Positions 28,520 through 40,924 of a stretch of DNA of 64,000 nt are shown here, one piece after another. The DNA is from Myxococcota bacterium. GTDB taxonomy: Bacteria; Myxococcota_A; UBA9160; UBA6930. The position numbers and the translations under genes were made by a program. The notes under the pieces are model-generated. The model saw only the letters and a program-made list of their open reading frames with translations. It did not search any database and was not told where the DNA came from. The stretch's first letter is position 1. Each line of letters begins with the position of its first letter. Location of the stretch: NCBI GenBank assembly GCA_028277885.1, contig JANQFK010000022.1, positions 1,207-65,206 on the forward strand, given 5' to 3'.

Positions 28520-29387
28520 CCCCGAGCTCGCCGAGCGTGCCGCCGCCGAGGCCTTCGGGGCCGGGGCCTCGGGGGTCGAGGAGCTCGACGGCGGGGACGG
28601 GACGGGCACGCGCTGGCTCCTCTACGCGCCGGCCGAGCGCGCGGCGGCGCTCGGCGAGGCGCTGCGGGCCCTGGGCGAGCCCGGCCTTCGCATCGGCGAT
28701 CCCGAGCCGGTCCCGGAGCGCGACTGGTCCCGGGACTGGCAGATCGGGCTGCGCGCGACGCGCATCTCCCCGCGCCTCGCGGTGCGGCCCGAGAGCGTCG
28801 CCCTCGAGCCGGAGCCCGGGCAGCGCGTGCTGGTGATTCCGCCCGCCCAGGCCTTCGGCACCGGCGGCCACGCCTCGACGCGCCTCGCGCTCGCCTGGCT
28901 CGACGCGCTCACGGAGGGCCCGCTGCGCGGCGCCCGGGTGCTCGACGTCGGCTCCGGGAGTGGCGTGCTGGTCCTCGCCGCGCTGGCCCTCGGTGCGCGC
29001 CGCGGGGTGGCGTTCGACCTCGACCCGGTCGCGGCCCGCGCCACCCGGGACAACGCCGCGGGCAACGACCTCGCCGACGGGCTGCTCACCTTCTGCGGCG
29101 GGCCGGCGGCGCTCCGCGCGCCGGGTCGCTTCGAGGTCGTCGTGGCGAACCTGCTGCGCAGTGAGGTCGAGCCGGTGCTCCCGGAGCTCGCGGCGGCGCT
29201 CGCGCCCGGCGGTCGGCTGGTGCTGTCGGGCCTGCTCGACCGCGACCGCGAGCCCCTCTCGCGGGCGCTCGCGAAGTGCGGCCTCACCGCCGTGGGGGAG
29301 CGCCGCGAGGACGACGGCGGCGACGTGTGGATCGCGCTCCTCACCCGGCGGCGACCTGCTTCCGCCAGTGGTCGAGGAGACGGCTGA
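28479..29387 (+). CDS. prmA: 50S ribosomal protein L11 methyltransferase PrmA
   Basis: AFGTGGHAST, VLDVGSGSGVL, VVANL, LVLSGL; AGGAGG upstream. Confidence 0.9.
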   Translation: MKARFVRLAVAAATPELAERAAAEAFGAGASGVEELDGGDGTGTRWLLYAPAERAAALGEALRALGEPGLRIGDPEPVPERDWSRDWQIGLRATRISPRLAVRPESVALEPEPGQRVLVIPPAQAFGTGGHASTRLALAWLDALTEGPLRGARVLDVGSGSGVLVLAALALGARRGVAFDLDPVAARATRDNAAGNDLADGLLTFCGGPAALRAPGRFEVVVANLLRSEVEPVLPELAAALAPGGRLVLSGLLDRDREPLSRALAKCGLTAVGERREDDGGDVWIALLTRRRPASASGRGDG

Positions 29388-30237
29388 GGGTGTCCTCGAA
29401 GGCGATGCGGGGCTGCCAGCCCGTGACCTCGCGCAGCCGCGAGGCGTCGCCCACGCCGGCGTCGGCGGGACGCCAGCGCGCCGGGTCCTCGCGGATCGCG
29501 GGCCGCTGGGAGGTGAGGGCCAGCAGCCCGTCCAGCACCGCGCGGATCGGGCGGCCGCGGCCGCTCGCCACGTTGTAGACGCCCGCGGGCGTGGTCGGGT
29601 CGAGCAGGCGCAGGTAGGCGTCCACCACGTCGTCGACGTCGAGGAAGTCGCGCACCGCGTCGAGGTTCCCGACCGCGACGCGTCCGTCGCCCCGGCCGGC
29701 CTCGAGCTCGGCGAGCTGGCGCGCGAAGCTCGACTCCACGAAGGCGTCCGGCCGGCCGGGCCCGGTGTGGTTGAAGGGCCGGGCACGGACCACGTCGAGG
29801 CCCCGGGCCGCGCGCAGCGCGCCCAGGCGGTCGGCGGCCGCCTTGCTCCAGGCGTAGGGCGAGGCGGGGCGCAGGGGCGCGGACTCGTCGAAAGGCGGGG
29901 TGCCCGGCGCGGCGCTGCCGTAGACGGCCCCGGAGCCCACCAGCAGCACCCGCGCGGCGGGGGCCGCGGCCGCGGCGGCGTCCAGCACCGAGCGCCCGCC
30001 GAGGAAGTTCACCCGGAAGGCGGCCTCGGGGGCGCTCCAGGAGTCCGGCACGAAGCTCAGTGCGGCGAGGTGGGCGACGGCGTCGGGTCGGAAGCCCGCG
30101 AGGGCGGCCCCGACCGCGTCGGGCCGCGTCACGTCGAGCTCGCGGTCGGTGGCCTCCACGGCGTCGCCCCGCGCGCGCAGCCGCGCGACCAGGCGGCTCC
30201 CCACGAACCCCGCCGCGCCGGTGACGAAGACCCGCAT
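29341..30237 (-). CDS. NAD-dependent epimerase/dehydratase (GDP-mannose 4,6-dehydratase / Rmd-like)
   Basis: VTGAAGFVG, HLAALSFV, SPYAWSK, RPFNHTGP, GNLDAVRDF. Confidence 0.9.
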   Translation of the reverse strand: MRVFVTGAAGFVGSRLVARLRARGDAVEATDRELDVTRPDAVGAALAGFRPDAVAHLAALSFVPDSWSAPEAAFRVNFLGGRSVLDAAAAAAPAARVLLVGSGAVYGSAAPGTPPFDESAPLRPASPYAWSKAAADRLGALRAARGLDVVRARPFNHTGPGRPDAFVESSFARQLAELEAGRGDGRVAVGNLDAVRDFLDVDDVVDAYLRLLDPTTPAGVYNVASGRGRPIRAVLDGLLALTSQRPAIREDPARWRPADAGVGDASRLREVTGWQPRIAFEDTLSRLLDHWRKQVAAG

Positions 30238-30329
30238 CGGGACCAAGCTAGCGGCCCCACGCGGCGAGTTCGCGCGGGGCCCCGCGGGCCGGGTTGACCG
30301 CGCCCGGCCGGGACGGTACGAGGAGGGCC

Positions 30330-31349
30330 ATGATCCTGGGAGTGTCGGGCCCCTACGCGGCGGGCAAGAGCGCCGTGGTGGCGTTCCTGGAGGCGCGCAG
30401 CTTCTACGGGCTCTCGCTCTCGGACGTGCTGCGCGAGGAGCTCTCGGCGCGGGGCCTCGAGGAGACCCGCGAGCGCATGATCGAGCTCGGCAACGAGCTG
30501 CGGGCCGCCGAAGGGCCCGGCGCGCTCGCCGTGCGCCTCGGCCGCCGCTTCCAGCCCGACCGCAACCACGTCATCGACTCGATCCGGCACCCCGCCGAGG
30601 TCGAGGCGCTGCGCGCGGCGAGCCCGCACTTCCAGCTGCTGTGGGTGGAGGCCGAGGAGGGGACGCGGCTCGAGCGCCTCCAGGCCCGCGGGCGCGGCGG
30701 CGACCCCACCAGCCTCGGCGAGATGCGCGCGCTCGAGGGCCGGGAGCTCGCCAGCGACGACCCCGCGGCCCAGCAGCTGCTCGCCGTGCGGGAGCTCGCC
30801 GACGAGGTGATCGCCAACGACGGCAGCCTCGAGGACCTCCACCGCAGCGTGCAGGCCGTCCTCAAAAAAAGTCTCTACTTCGACCGGCCGAGCTGGGACG
30901 AGTACTTCATGAGCATCGCCCGGGTGGTGGCGTCGCGCAGCAACTGCGTGAAGCGAAAGGTGGCCGCGGTCATCACCCTGGACAAGCGCATCATATCCAC
31001 GGGCTACAACGGCACGCCCCGGGGCGTGCGCAACTGCAACGAGGGCGGCTGCCCGCGCTGCAACACCTTCTCTCCGGGCGGGGCGGACCTGGGCGAGTGC
31101 CTGTGCTCCCACGGCGAGGAGAACGCCATCACCCAGGCCAGCTACCACGGCGTCTCGGTGGCCGGCGGGACCATCTACACCACCTTCTGCCCCTGCCTGC
31201 TCTGCACCAAGATGATCATCAACTCGGGCATCGCCGAGGTGGTCTACAACGCCGACTACCCGCTCGGCGACGTCTCCCTGGCCCTGCTGCGCGAGGCGGG
31301 CCTCAAGGTCCGCCAGGTCGAGCCGTCGGGAGACGCCCCGGGAGGCTGA
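30330..31349 (+). CDS. P-loop nucleoside monophosphate kinase-like domain fused to dCMP deaminase
   Basis: GPYAAGKS Walker A and DSIRHPAEV; then RPSWDEYFM, STGYNG, HGEENAI, PCLLC. Confidence 0.9.
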   Translation: MILGVSGPYAAGKSAVVAFLEARSFYGLSLSDVLREELSARGLEETRERMIELGNELRAAEGPGALAVRLGRRFQPDRNHVIDSIRHPAEVEALRAASPHFQLLWVEAEEGTRLERLQARGRGGDPTSLGEMRALEGRELASDDPAAQQLLAVRELADEVIANDGSLEDLHRSVQAVLKKSLYFDRPSWDEYFMSIARVVASRSNCVKRKVAAVITLDKRIISTGYNGTPRGVRNCNEGGCPRCNTFSPGGADLGECLCSHGEENAITQASYHGVSVAGGTIYTTFCPCLLCTKMIINSGIAEVVYNADYPLGDVSLALLREAGLKVRQVEPSGDAPGG

Positions 31350-31385
31350 CCCCGCCGGGCCTTTCGCTAATCTCCCCGACCCCGT

Positions 31386-31461
31386 GGCGGTGTAGCTCAG
31401 GGGTTAGAGCAGCGGTTTCATAAGCCGCGTGTCGGTAGTTCGATTCTACCCACCGCCACCA
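31386..31461 (+). tRNA. tRNA-Met (CAT), elongator type
   Basis: GGCGGTG/CACCGCC acceptor stem, anticodon arm GCGGT-TTCATAA-GCCGC, T arm GGTAG-TTCGATT-CTACC, encoded CCA. G1-C72 is paired and the three G-C initiator pairs are absent. Ile2 is not fully excluded. Confidence 0.93.
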
Positions 31462-31478
31462 GCTCTCCTGGAGACGGC

Positions 31479-32648
31479 GTGAGCGACGTCCGAGTTCCGC
31501 TCCTCGACCTGCGACCGCAGTACGCCGGCCTCCGCGAGGAGATCGCGGAGGCGATCCAGGGCGTTCTCGACTCCCAGCAGTTCGTGCTGGGTCCCGAGGT
31601 CGAGGCCCTGGAGGCGGAGGTCGCGGCCTACAGCGGCGCCGCCCACGGCGTGGGCTGTGCATCCGGCTCCGACGCGCTGCTGCTGCCGCTGATGGCCCTG
31701 GGCGTGGGGCCCGGCGACCAGGTCGTGGTGCCGACCTACACCTTCTTCTCCACGGCGGGAAGCGTCTACCGCCTGGGCGCCGAGCCGGTCTTCGCCGACA
31801 TCGAGCCGCGCACCTACAACGCCACCCCCGAGACCCTCGCCCGGGCCGCCGAGCGCTGCACGCGACTGAAGGCGATCATGCCCGTGCACCTCTACGGACA
31901 GGCGGCGGACGTGGACGGCATCGCCGCCCTGGGCGCGTCCCTCGGCGTTCCGGTCTACGAGGACGCCGCCCAGGCGATCGGCGCCGAGGACGCCCGCGGA
32001 CGGCGCGTGGGCGGGGCCGGGCAGACGGCTTGCTTCAGCTTCTTCCCGACCAAGAACCTCGGCAGCTTCGGCGAGGGCGGCATGGTGACCACCGACGACC
32101 CCGACCTCGCCCGGGAGCTGCGCCAGCTCCGGGTCCACGGCATGGAGCCGAAGTACTACCACGCGAAGGTCGGGCTGAACGCCCGGCTGCACGCGCTCCA
32201 GGCCGCGGTGCTGCGGGTGAAGCTGCGCCACCTGGAGCCCTGGCAGGAGGCGCGCCGCCGCAACGCGAGCCACTACGACGAGCTCTTCCGCAACGCCGGG
32301 GCCCGGACCTCGGCGGTGCCGCTCGCGGAGGGCGGCCTGCCCCTGCGCGTGCCCGCGATCCCCGAGGAGCCCGTGCGCCACGTCTTCAACCAGTACGTGG
32401 TCCGGGTGCCCGCGGAGCGCCGCGATGCGCTGCGCGCCCACCTGACCGAGCACCGCATCGGCAGCGAGATCTACTACCCGGTCCCGCTCCACCTCCAGGA
32501 GTGCTTCCGCGAGCTGGGCGGCAAGCCCGGCGACCTCCCCGAGTCCGAGGCCGCGGCCCGCGAGACCCTGGCGCTGCCCATCTTCCCGGAGCTCGAGAAG
32601 CGCCAGCGCGAGCACGTGGCCGCGACGATCGTCGACTTCCTGTCCTAG
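31479..32648 (+). CDS. DegT/DnrJ/EryC1/StrS sugar aminotransferase
   Basis: SGSDAL, PVHLYGQ, EDAAQA, SFFPTKNLG. Confidence 0.93.
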   Translation: MSDVRVPLLDLRPQYAGLREEIAEAIQGVLDSQQFVLGPEVEALEAEVAAYSGAAHGVGCASGSDALLLPLMALGVGPGDQVVVPTYTFFSTAGSVYRLGAEPVFADIEPRTYNATPETLARAAERCTRLKAIMPVHLYGQAADVDGIAALGASLGVPVYEDAAQAIGAEDARGRRVGGAGQTACFSFFPTKNLGSFGEGGMVTTDDPDLARELRQLRVHGMEPKYYHAKVGLNARLHALQAAVLRVKLRHLEPWQEARRRNASHYDELFRNAGARTSAVPLAEGGLPLRVPAIPEEPVRHVFNQYVVRVPAERRDALRAHLTEHRIGSEIYYPVPLHLQECFRELGGKPGDLPESEAAARETLALPIFPELEKRQREHVAATIVDFLS

Positions 32649-34186
32649 GGTCCCTCGACCAGGCGGTGCTTCTGGACCTTGCCCGTCACCGTGCGCGGCA
32701 GCTCCTTCTCGGCCACGAACTGCCGGGGGACCTTGAAGACGGCGAGGCGCTCGCGCCCCCAGGCCTGGAGCGCCTCGGGGTCGAGGCTCGCGCCGGGCGC
32801 CAGCACCACGTGGGCGCGGCCGACCTCCCCCCAGCGCTCGTCGGGCACGCCCACCACCGCGATGTCGGCCACCGCGGGGTGCTCGCGGTAGGCAGCCTCC
32901 ACCTGGGCGGGGTAGACGTTCTCGCCGCCGGAGATGTAGAGCTCCCGGGCGCGTCCGGTGAGGAAGAAGAACCCCTCGGCGTCGCGGTGGGCGAGGTCGC
33001 CGGTACGCACCCAGCCCGCGCGCAGGGTCTCGGCGGTGGCCTCGGGGCGGCGCCAGTAGCCCAGCATGGTGATGGGCCCGCGCACCACGATCTCGCCGCT
33101 CTCGCCGACGTCGGTGTCCTCCCACGCCTCGGGGCCGCGCTCGAGGGTCGCGGGGCGCACGATGCGCACCTCGGCGTGGAACACGGGCCGCCCGACGCTG
33201 CCGGCCTTGCGCACCGCGTCCCCGGCGTCGAGGCAGCACAGGATCGAGGTCTCGGTCTGGCCGAAGCCCTGCTTCAGCACCAGCCCCCGCGCCTCGAAGG
33301 AGCGGATGCGCTCCACCGGGATGGCGGCGCCGGCGGTGAACAGGAAGCGCAGGCTGTCGAGCGAGACGGGCGACGCCGCGCTCTCGAGGGCGGCGTCGAG
33401 GGCGTCGAACATGGTCGGGACGCCGCCCAGGTAGGTGACTCCGTGCTCCTCGACGGCGCGCCACACCGCCTCGGCGTCGAAGCGCCGCTGGAGCACCACC
33501 TCGGCGCCGGCGTAGAGGGCCGGGATCGCCAGGATCTTGAGCCCGAAGGAGTGGAACAGAGGCACCACGACGAGCACGCGGTCCCGCGCCGTGAGCTCGA
33601 AGAAGAGCTGGGCGTTCAGGCTGTTGAAGAGCGTCTTGCGATGGGGGAGCAGCGCTCCCTTGGGCCGCCCCGTGGTGCCCGAGGTGTACATCAGGATCAT
33701 GGGGTCCTCGGGGCTCACCGCCTCGACGTGGGGGTCGGGTGTGGCGGCCGCGAGCGCCTGCTCCCAGGCGTCGGGCGCGCCGCCCACCGCGAGTCTCCGC
33801 TCCGGCGGCTCCTCGGCGGCGTCGCAGGCCGCGGCGGCGAGGGCCTCGAGGGAGGCCTCGTGGACCAGCACCCGGGGCGCGCAGTCGTCGAGGAGCTCGC
33901 GCACCTCGGGTGCGGCGAGTCGCGCGTTCACCGGCACCGCGATGGCGCCGAGGCGCGCGGCGGCGAAGACGAGCTCGAGGTAGGCGGAGCGGTTCGCGAG
34001 CAGCAGCACCACCCGGTCGCCGCGGCCCACGCCTGCGCCGCGCAGCCAGGCGACGGCGCGCCGGCAGCGGTCCTCGAGCTCCGCCCAGGTGAGCCGCCGC
34101 TCGTCGTCGACGACGGCGACCCGCCCGCCCCTCAGCGTCGCGCGGCGGGTGAGCCAGCCGCCCACGTTGTGGACGGGCGATCGCAC
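32645..34186 (-). CDS. Acyl-CoA synthetase (MenE/long-chain fatty acid-CoA ligase-like)
   Basis: YTSGTTGRPKG, GFGQTE, RTGD, SGGENVYP, TGKVQK; start GTG 34186 approximate. Confidence 0.9.
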   Translation of the reverse strand: MRSPVHNVGGWLTRRATLRGGRVAVVDDERRLTWAELEDRCRRAVAWLRGAGVGRGDRVVLLLANRSAYLELVFAAARLGAIAVPVNARLAAPEVRELLDDCAPRVLVHEASLEALAAAACDAAEEPPERRLAVGGAPDAWEQALAAATPDPHVEAVSPEDPMILMYTSGTTGRPKGALLPHRKTLFNSLNAQLFFELTARDRVLVVVPLFHSFGLKILAIPALYAGAEVVLQRRFDAEAVWRAVEEHGVTYLGGVPTMFDALDAALESAASPVSLDSLRFLFTAGAAIPVERIRSFEARGLVLKQGFGQTETSILCCLDAGDAVRKAGSVGRPVFHAEVRIVRPATLERGPEAWEDTDVGESGEIVVRGPITMLGYWRRPEATAETLRAGWVRTGDLAHRDAEGFFFLTGRARELYISGGENVYPAQVEAAYREHPAVADIAVVGVPDERWGEVGRAHVVLAPGASLDPEALQAWGRERLAVFKVPRQFVAEKELPRTVTGKVQKHRLVEGP

Positions 34187-35388
34187 GGCGCCCGGGATAC
34201 CCGAGGCCGGCGCGGGCTGCCAGCGCGCGCGGGCAGGCGATCCAGGGCCGCGAGGGCGTCGATCACCCGGGCCAGGTCGGCCTCGCCGAGCTGGGGCCCG
34301 ATCGGCAGCGAGAAGGTCGTGGCCCCGACGTGCTCGGCAACCGGGAAGCGGCCCGGCGCGTGGCCCAGGGTGCGGCGGTACCAGGGCTGCAGGTGGACCG
34401 GCTGGTAGTGGACGGCGGCCCCCACGCCGCGGCGCCGCAGCTCGAGCAGCCCCTCGTCGCGGTCGATGCCGTCGGCGCTGACGGTGAAGAGGTGCCAGGC
34501 GTGGCGGCCCGGTCCGTCGGGCGGCGGTCCCGACAGCCGCTCGAGGCGGCCGAGGGCCTCGCGGTAGCACGCCGCCTGCTCCTCGCGGGCGGTGAGGAAG
34601 CCCTCGAGCCGGCCGAGCTGCACCCGGCCCAGCGCGGCCTGGAGATCGGTCATGTTGTACTTGAAGCCGAGCTCCTGCATCTCGCTGCGCACCAGCTCGC
34701 GCGAGCCGTAGCGCTTCCAGGCGTCGTTGCTGAGCCCGTGGAGGCGCAGCCGCCGGTAGCGGCGCGCACGCGCCGCGCTGCGCGTGGTGAGCATGCCGCC
34801 CTCGCAGCTCGTGAGGTTCTTGTTCGGGTAGAAGCTGAAGCAGGCGTCGGTGCCGCCGCCCACGGGCCGGCCGTCGGCGTAGGTGGCGCCCACGGCGTGG
34901 GCCGCGTCCTCGATCAGGGCCAGGCCGTGGCGCGCGGCGATGCGCCGCAGCGGCGTCATGTCGCAGGCCCGCCCGGCGAAGTGGACGGGCAGCAGGGCCC
35001 GGGTGCGCGGCGTGAGGGCGCGCTCGACCTGCTCCGGGTCGAGGTTGAAGGTGTCGGGCTCGACGTCGACCAGGACGGGCCGGGCGCCGGCGTGGAGGAT
35101 CGCGTTCGCGGTGGCGACGAAGGTGAGGGTCGGGGTCACGACCTCGTCCCCGGGGCCCACGCCCGCGCCGAGCAGCGCGAGGTGGAGCGCCGCCGTGCAC
35201 GACGAGACCGCGACGGCGTGGCGCGCCCCCACCGCGGCCGCGAACTCCTCCTCGAAGGCCGCCACCTCGGGTCCGGTCCCGATCCAGCCGCTGCGCATGA
35301 CCCGCAGCACGGCCGCCTCCTCCTCGGGGCCGAGGCTCGGGACCCCGAAGGCGAGGAAGGCAGGGGAGGGGTGCTCGGCGGCCGCCAT
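34132..35388 (-). CDS. DegT/DnrJ/EryC1/StrS sugar aminotransferase (ArnB-like)
   Basis: SGWIGTGP, SSCTAALH, EDAAHA, SFYPNKN, GFKYNM. Confidence 0.92.
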   Translation of the reverse strand: MAAAEHPSPAFLAFGVPSLGPEEEAAVLRVMRSGWIGTGPEVAAFEEEFAAAVGARHAVAVSSCTAALHLALLGAGVGPGDEVVTPTLTFVATANAILHAGARPVLVDVEPDTFNLDPEQVERALTPRTRALLPVHFAGRACDMTPLRRIAARHGLALIEDAAHAVGATYADGRPVGGGTDACFSFYPNKNLTSCEGGMLTTRSAARARRYRRLRLHGLSNDAWKRYGSRELVRSEMQELGFKYNMTDLQAALGRVQLGRLEGFLTAREEQAACYREALGRLERLSGPPPDGPGRHAWHLFTVSADGIDRDEGLLELRRRGVGAAVHYQPVHLQPWYRRTLGHAPGRFPVAEHVGATTFSLPIGPQLGEADLARVIDALAALDRLPARAGSPRRPRVSRAPCDRPSTTWAAGSPAARR

Positions 35389-35505
35389 GGCCTCGGGGAT
35401 CGGCAGAACGGGTGCGGATCCTGAGAAGAACGGACGCGAACTCCCCGGAATCACGGAGTGGCGGCTCCCCTCAAGGCCCGAGGCCCGGCCTCCGATCCGG
35501 GAGCC

Positions 35506-36723
35506 ATGCGCCCCGCTCGCGTCCTCTACGTGGTGGAGACCCTGGCCCCCTGCGGCACCACGGATCTGGTGCGCCAGCTCGCTTGCCAGCTCGACCGGCG
35601 CCGCTTCGCGCCCGGGGTGCTGGCCCTGCGCGCGGAGGGCAGCGGGGGGCCGCCGGCGCGAGAGGCCGAGGGCGCGCGGCGCCTCGCCGAGGCGGAGATC
35701 CCCGCCGACACGTTGGCCCTGGATCCCGGCGTCTCCTTCCGTGGCCGCATCCGACCGCTGGTGGCCCGGCTCGCGCGCCAGCGACCGGACGTGATCCATG
35801 CCCACAGCCGGCCGGGGGACCTGTGGAGCACCTGGGCCGCGGCCTCGGCCGGCGTGCCCGTGCGGCTCTACACCCGGCAGGCGACCTACGGCGGTCTCGC
35901 CGCGGCGACCCGGGCCCGCTACGCCCTCACCGCGCGGATCGCGACCCGGGTGGTGGCGCCCTCCGAGGCGGTGCGCAGCCATCTGGTCCGGCGCGAGGGC
36001 GTGCCGCGCGGCCGCATCGAGCTGATCCACGACGGCATCGACCTCGAGGCCCTGGCCCGGCCCGTTCCGGCCGCCGCCGTGCGACGGAGCCTCGGGGTGC
36101 CCGAGCACGCGCCCCTGGTGGGCTGCGTGGCCTCCCTCGAGCCGCGCAAGGGAGCCCACCACCTGGTCTCCGCCGCGGCGCGCCTGCGCGCGCGACACCC
36201 GGAGGCGCGCTTCGTGTGGATCGGCGACGGCCCGGAGCGCGAGATCCTCGCTCGGCGCATCGCGTCCCTCGGGCTGGCGGACCGCTTCCTGCTGCCGGGC
36301 TTCCGCGCCGACTTCGCCGACTGCATCGCGGCCCTCGACGTCTTCGTGCTGCCGTCCCTGTGGGAGGGGTTCAACCTCTCGCTCCTCACCGCCTGTGCGC
36401 TCGGCCGCGCCGTGGTCGCGACCCACCTCGCCTCCAACCGCGAGATGATCGTGCCCGGCACCACCGGGCTCCTGCCCACGCCCCCGGAGCCGGTGCTCGA
36501 GGCCCGCGACGACGACGTCGACCCCGACGCCCTCGCCGACGCGATCCACGGCCTGCTCCAGGACTCGGAGCGCCGGGCGCGGCTGGGGGCCCGGGCCCGC
36601 CAGCACGCCTGGGCGCGCTTCGGCGCCCGCGCCATGGCGGCCCGCCACGAGGAGCTCTACGGCCGCCTGCTGCGCCGGCGCGCCCGAGCGCGGGCCGCGG
36701 CGCCGCTCCACCCCACGCCCTGA
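35506..36723 (+). CDS. Glycosyltransferase family 4
   Basis: PDVIHAH, LEPRKG, FVLPSLWEGFNLSLL. Confidence 0.9.
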   Translation: MRPARVLYVVETLAPCGTTDLVRQLACQLDRRRFAPGVLALRAEGSGGPPAREAEGARRLAEAEIPADTLALDPGVSFRGRIRPLVARLARQRPDVIHAHSRPGDLWSTWAAASAGVPVRLYTRQATYGGLAAATRARYALTARIATRVVAPSEAVRSHLVRREGVPRGRIELIHDGIDLEALARPVPAAAVRRSLGVPEHAPLVGCVASLEPRKGAHHLVSAAARLRARHPEARFVWIGDGPEREILARRIASLGLADRFLLPGFRADFADCIAALDVFVLPSLWEGFNLSLLTACALGRAVVATHLASNREMIVPGTTGLLPTPPEPVLEARDDDVDPDALADAIHGLLQDSERRARLGARARQHAWARFGARAMAARHEELYGRLLRRRARARAAAPLHPTP

Positions 36724-36769
36724 GCCGCGCGCCCGCCTGTGGTACGACTCCGGCACCACCGGAGGCCCC

Positions 36770-37627
36770 ATGAACCTGCTGGGACAGCCCGCCCACGTCG
36801 GCCGCCACTGCGGCAGCCACGAGTACGACGTCACCCCCGAGGTCGTGGCGTTCTACGCCGACGCCCTCGACGACCGCCACCCGCTCCAGGCCGACTTCGC
36901 GCCGCCGCTGCTCCACCACTCCGAGTGCTACACCGTGCTCGGCGAGTGGTACCTGAAGAACCTGTTCGGGAACCTCCACGCCCGCCAGGACTGGGAGCTC
37001 TTCGCGCTCATCCGGATCGGCAGCCGGGTGCGCACGCGCTCCACCATCGTCGAGCGCTACGCGAAGCGCGGACGCGACTACGTGGTGAACGAGACGGACC
37101 TGATGGACGCCGCCGACGGCCGCCTGCTCGTGCGTGGCCGCACCCACCAGTCCTTCCTGCCTCCCGAGAAGGAGAAGGGCGACGGCTTCGTGGTGGACGA
37201 GAGCACGGCGAAGAAGAAGGAGCCGCGGGCCCCGTTCCCCACCGCCACCGGCGAGGACCTCGAGCCCGTGGTGAAGACCGTGGACGCCCGGCGCTGCTGG
37301 ATGTTCTCCGGCCCCGGGCGCAACTACCACACCGACGCCGAGGAGGCGCGCAAGCTGGGCTTCCCCAACATCGTGGTCCAGGGCATGATGAGCACCTGCT
37401 TCGTCTCCGAGGTGATGCAGCGGCGCTTCGGGATGGGCTGGCTCGAGGGGGGCAAGCTGAGCGTGAAGCTCACCAACGTGCTCTGGGTGGACGAGCGCGT
37501 CACCGCCCACGCCCGGGAGCGCGAGCGCCACGCCGAGGGCACCCGCACCCGCGTCCACTGCGACGTCTGGATCGACAAGGACGACGGCACCCGGATCCTG
37601 CTCGGCGACGCGAGCGGGCTCGAGTAG
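36770..37627 (+). CDS. MaoC family (double hot-dog) dehydratase
   Basis: NLHARQDWE and NYHTDAEEARKLGFPNIVVQGMM hydratase-like motif; RBS GGAGG. Confidence 0.82.
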   Translation: MNLLGQPAHVGRHCGSHEYDVTPEVVAFYADALDDRHPLQADFAPPLLHHSECYTVLGEWYLKNLFGNLHARQDWELFALIRIGSRVRTRSTIVERYAKRGRDYVVNETDLMDAADGRLLVRGRTHQSFLPPEKEKGDGFVVDESTAKKKEPRAPFPTATGEDLEPVVKTVDARRCWMFSGPGRNYHTDAEEARKLGFPNIVVQGMMSTCFVSEVMQRRFGMGWLEGGKLSVKLTNVLWVDERVTAHARERERHAEGTRTRVHCDVWIDKDDGTRILLGDASGLE

Positions 37628-37642
37628 CTCCAGCCCGGCCCG

Positions 37643-40920
<3,278 letters not shown>

Positions 40921-40924
<4 letters not shown>

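Noticed and set aside
30863-30870. Poly-A run at the kinase/deaminase junction as a programmed frameshift or phase-variation site
   Set aside because: The two domains are already in frame (LKKS) and no supporting downstream structure was identified.
31386-31500. tRNA-Met as an integration site for an island
   Set aside because: No integrase, no duplicated tRNA 3' end noticed, and no compositional break after the tRNA.
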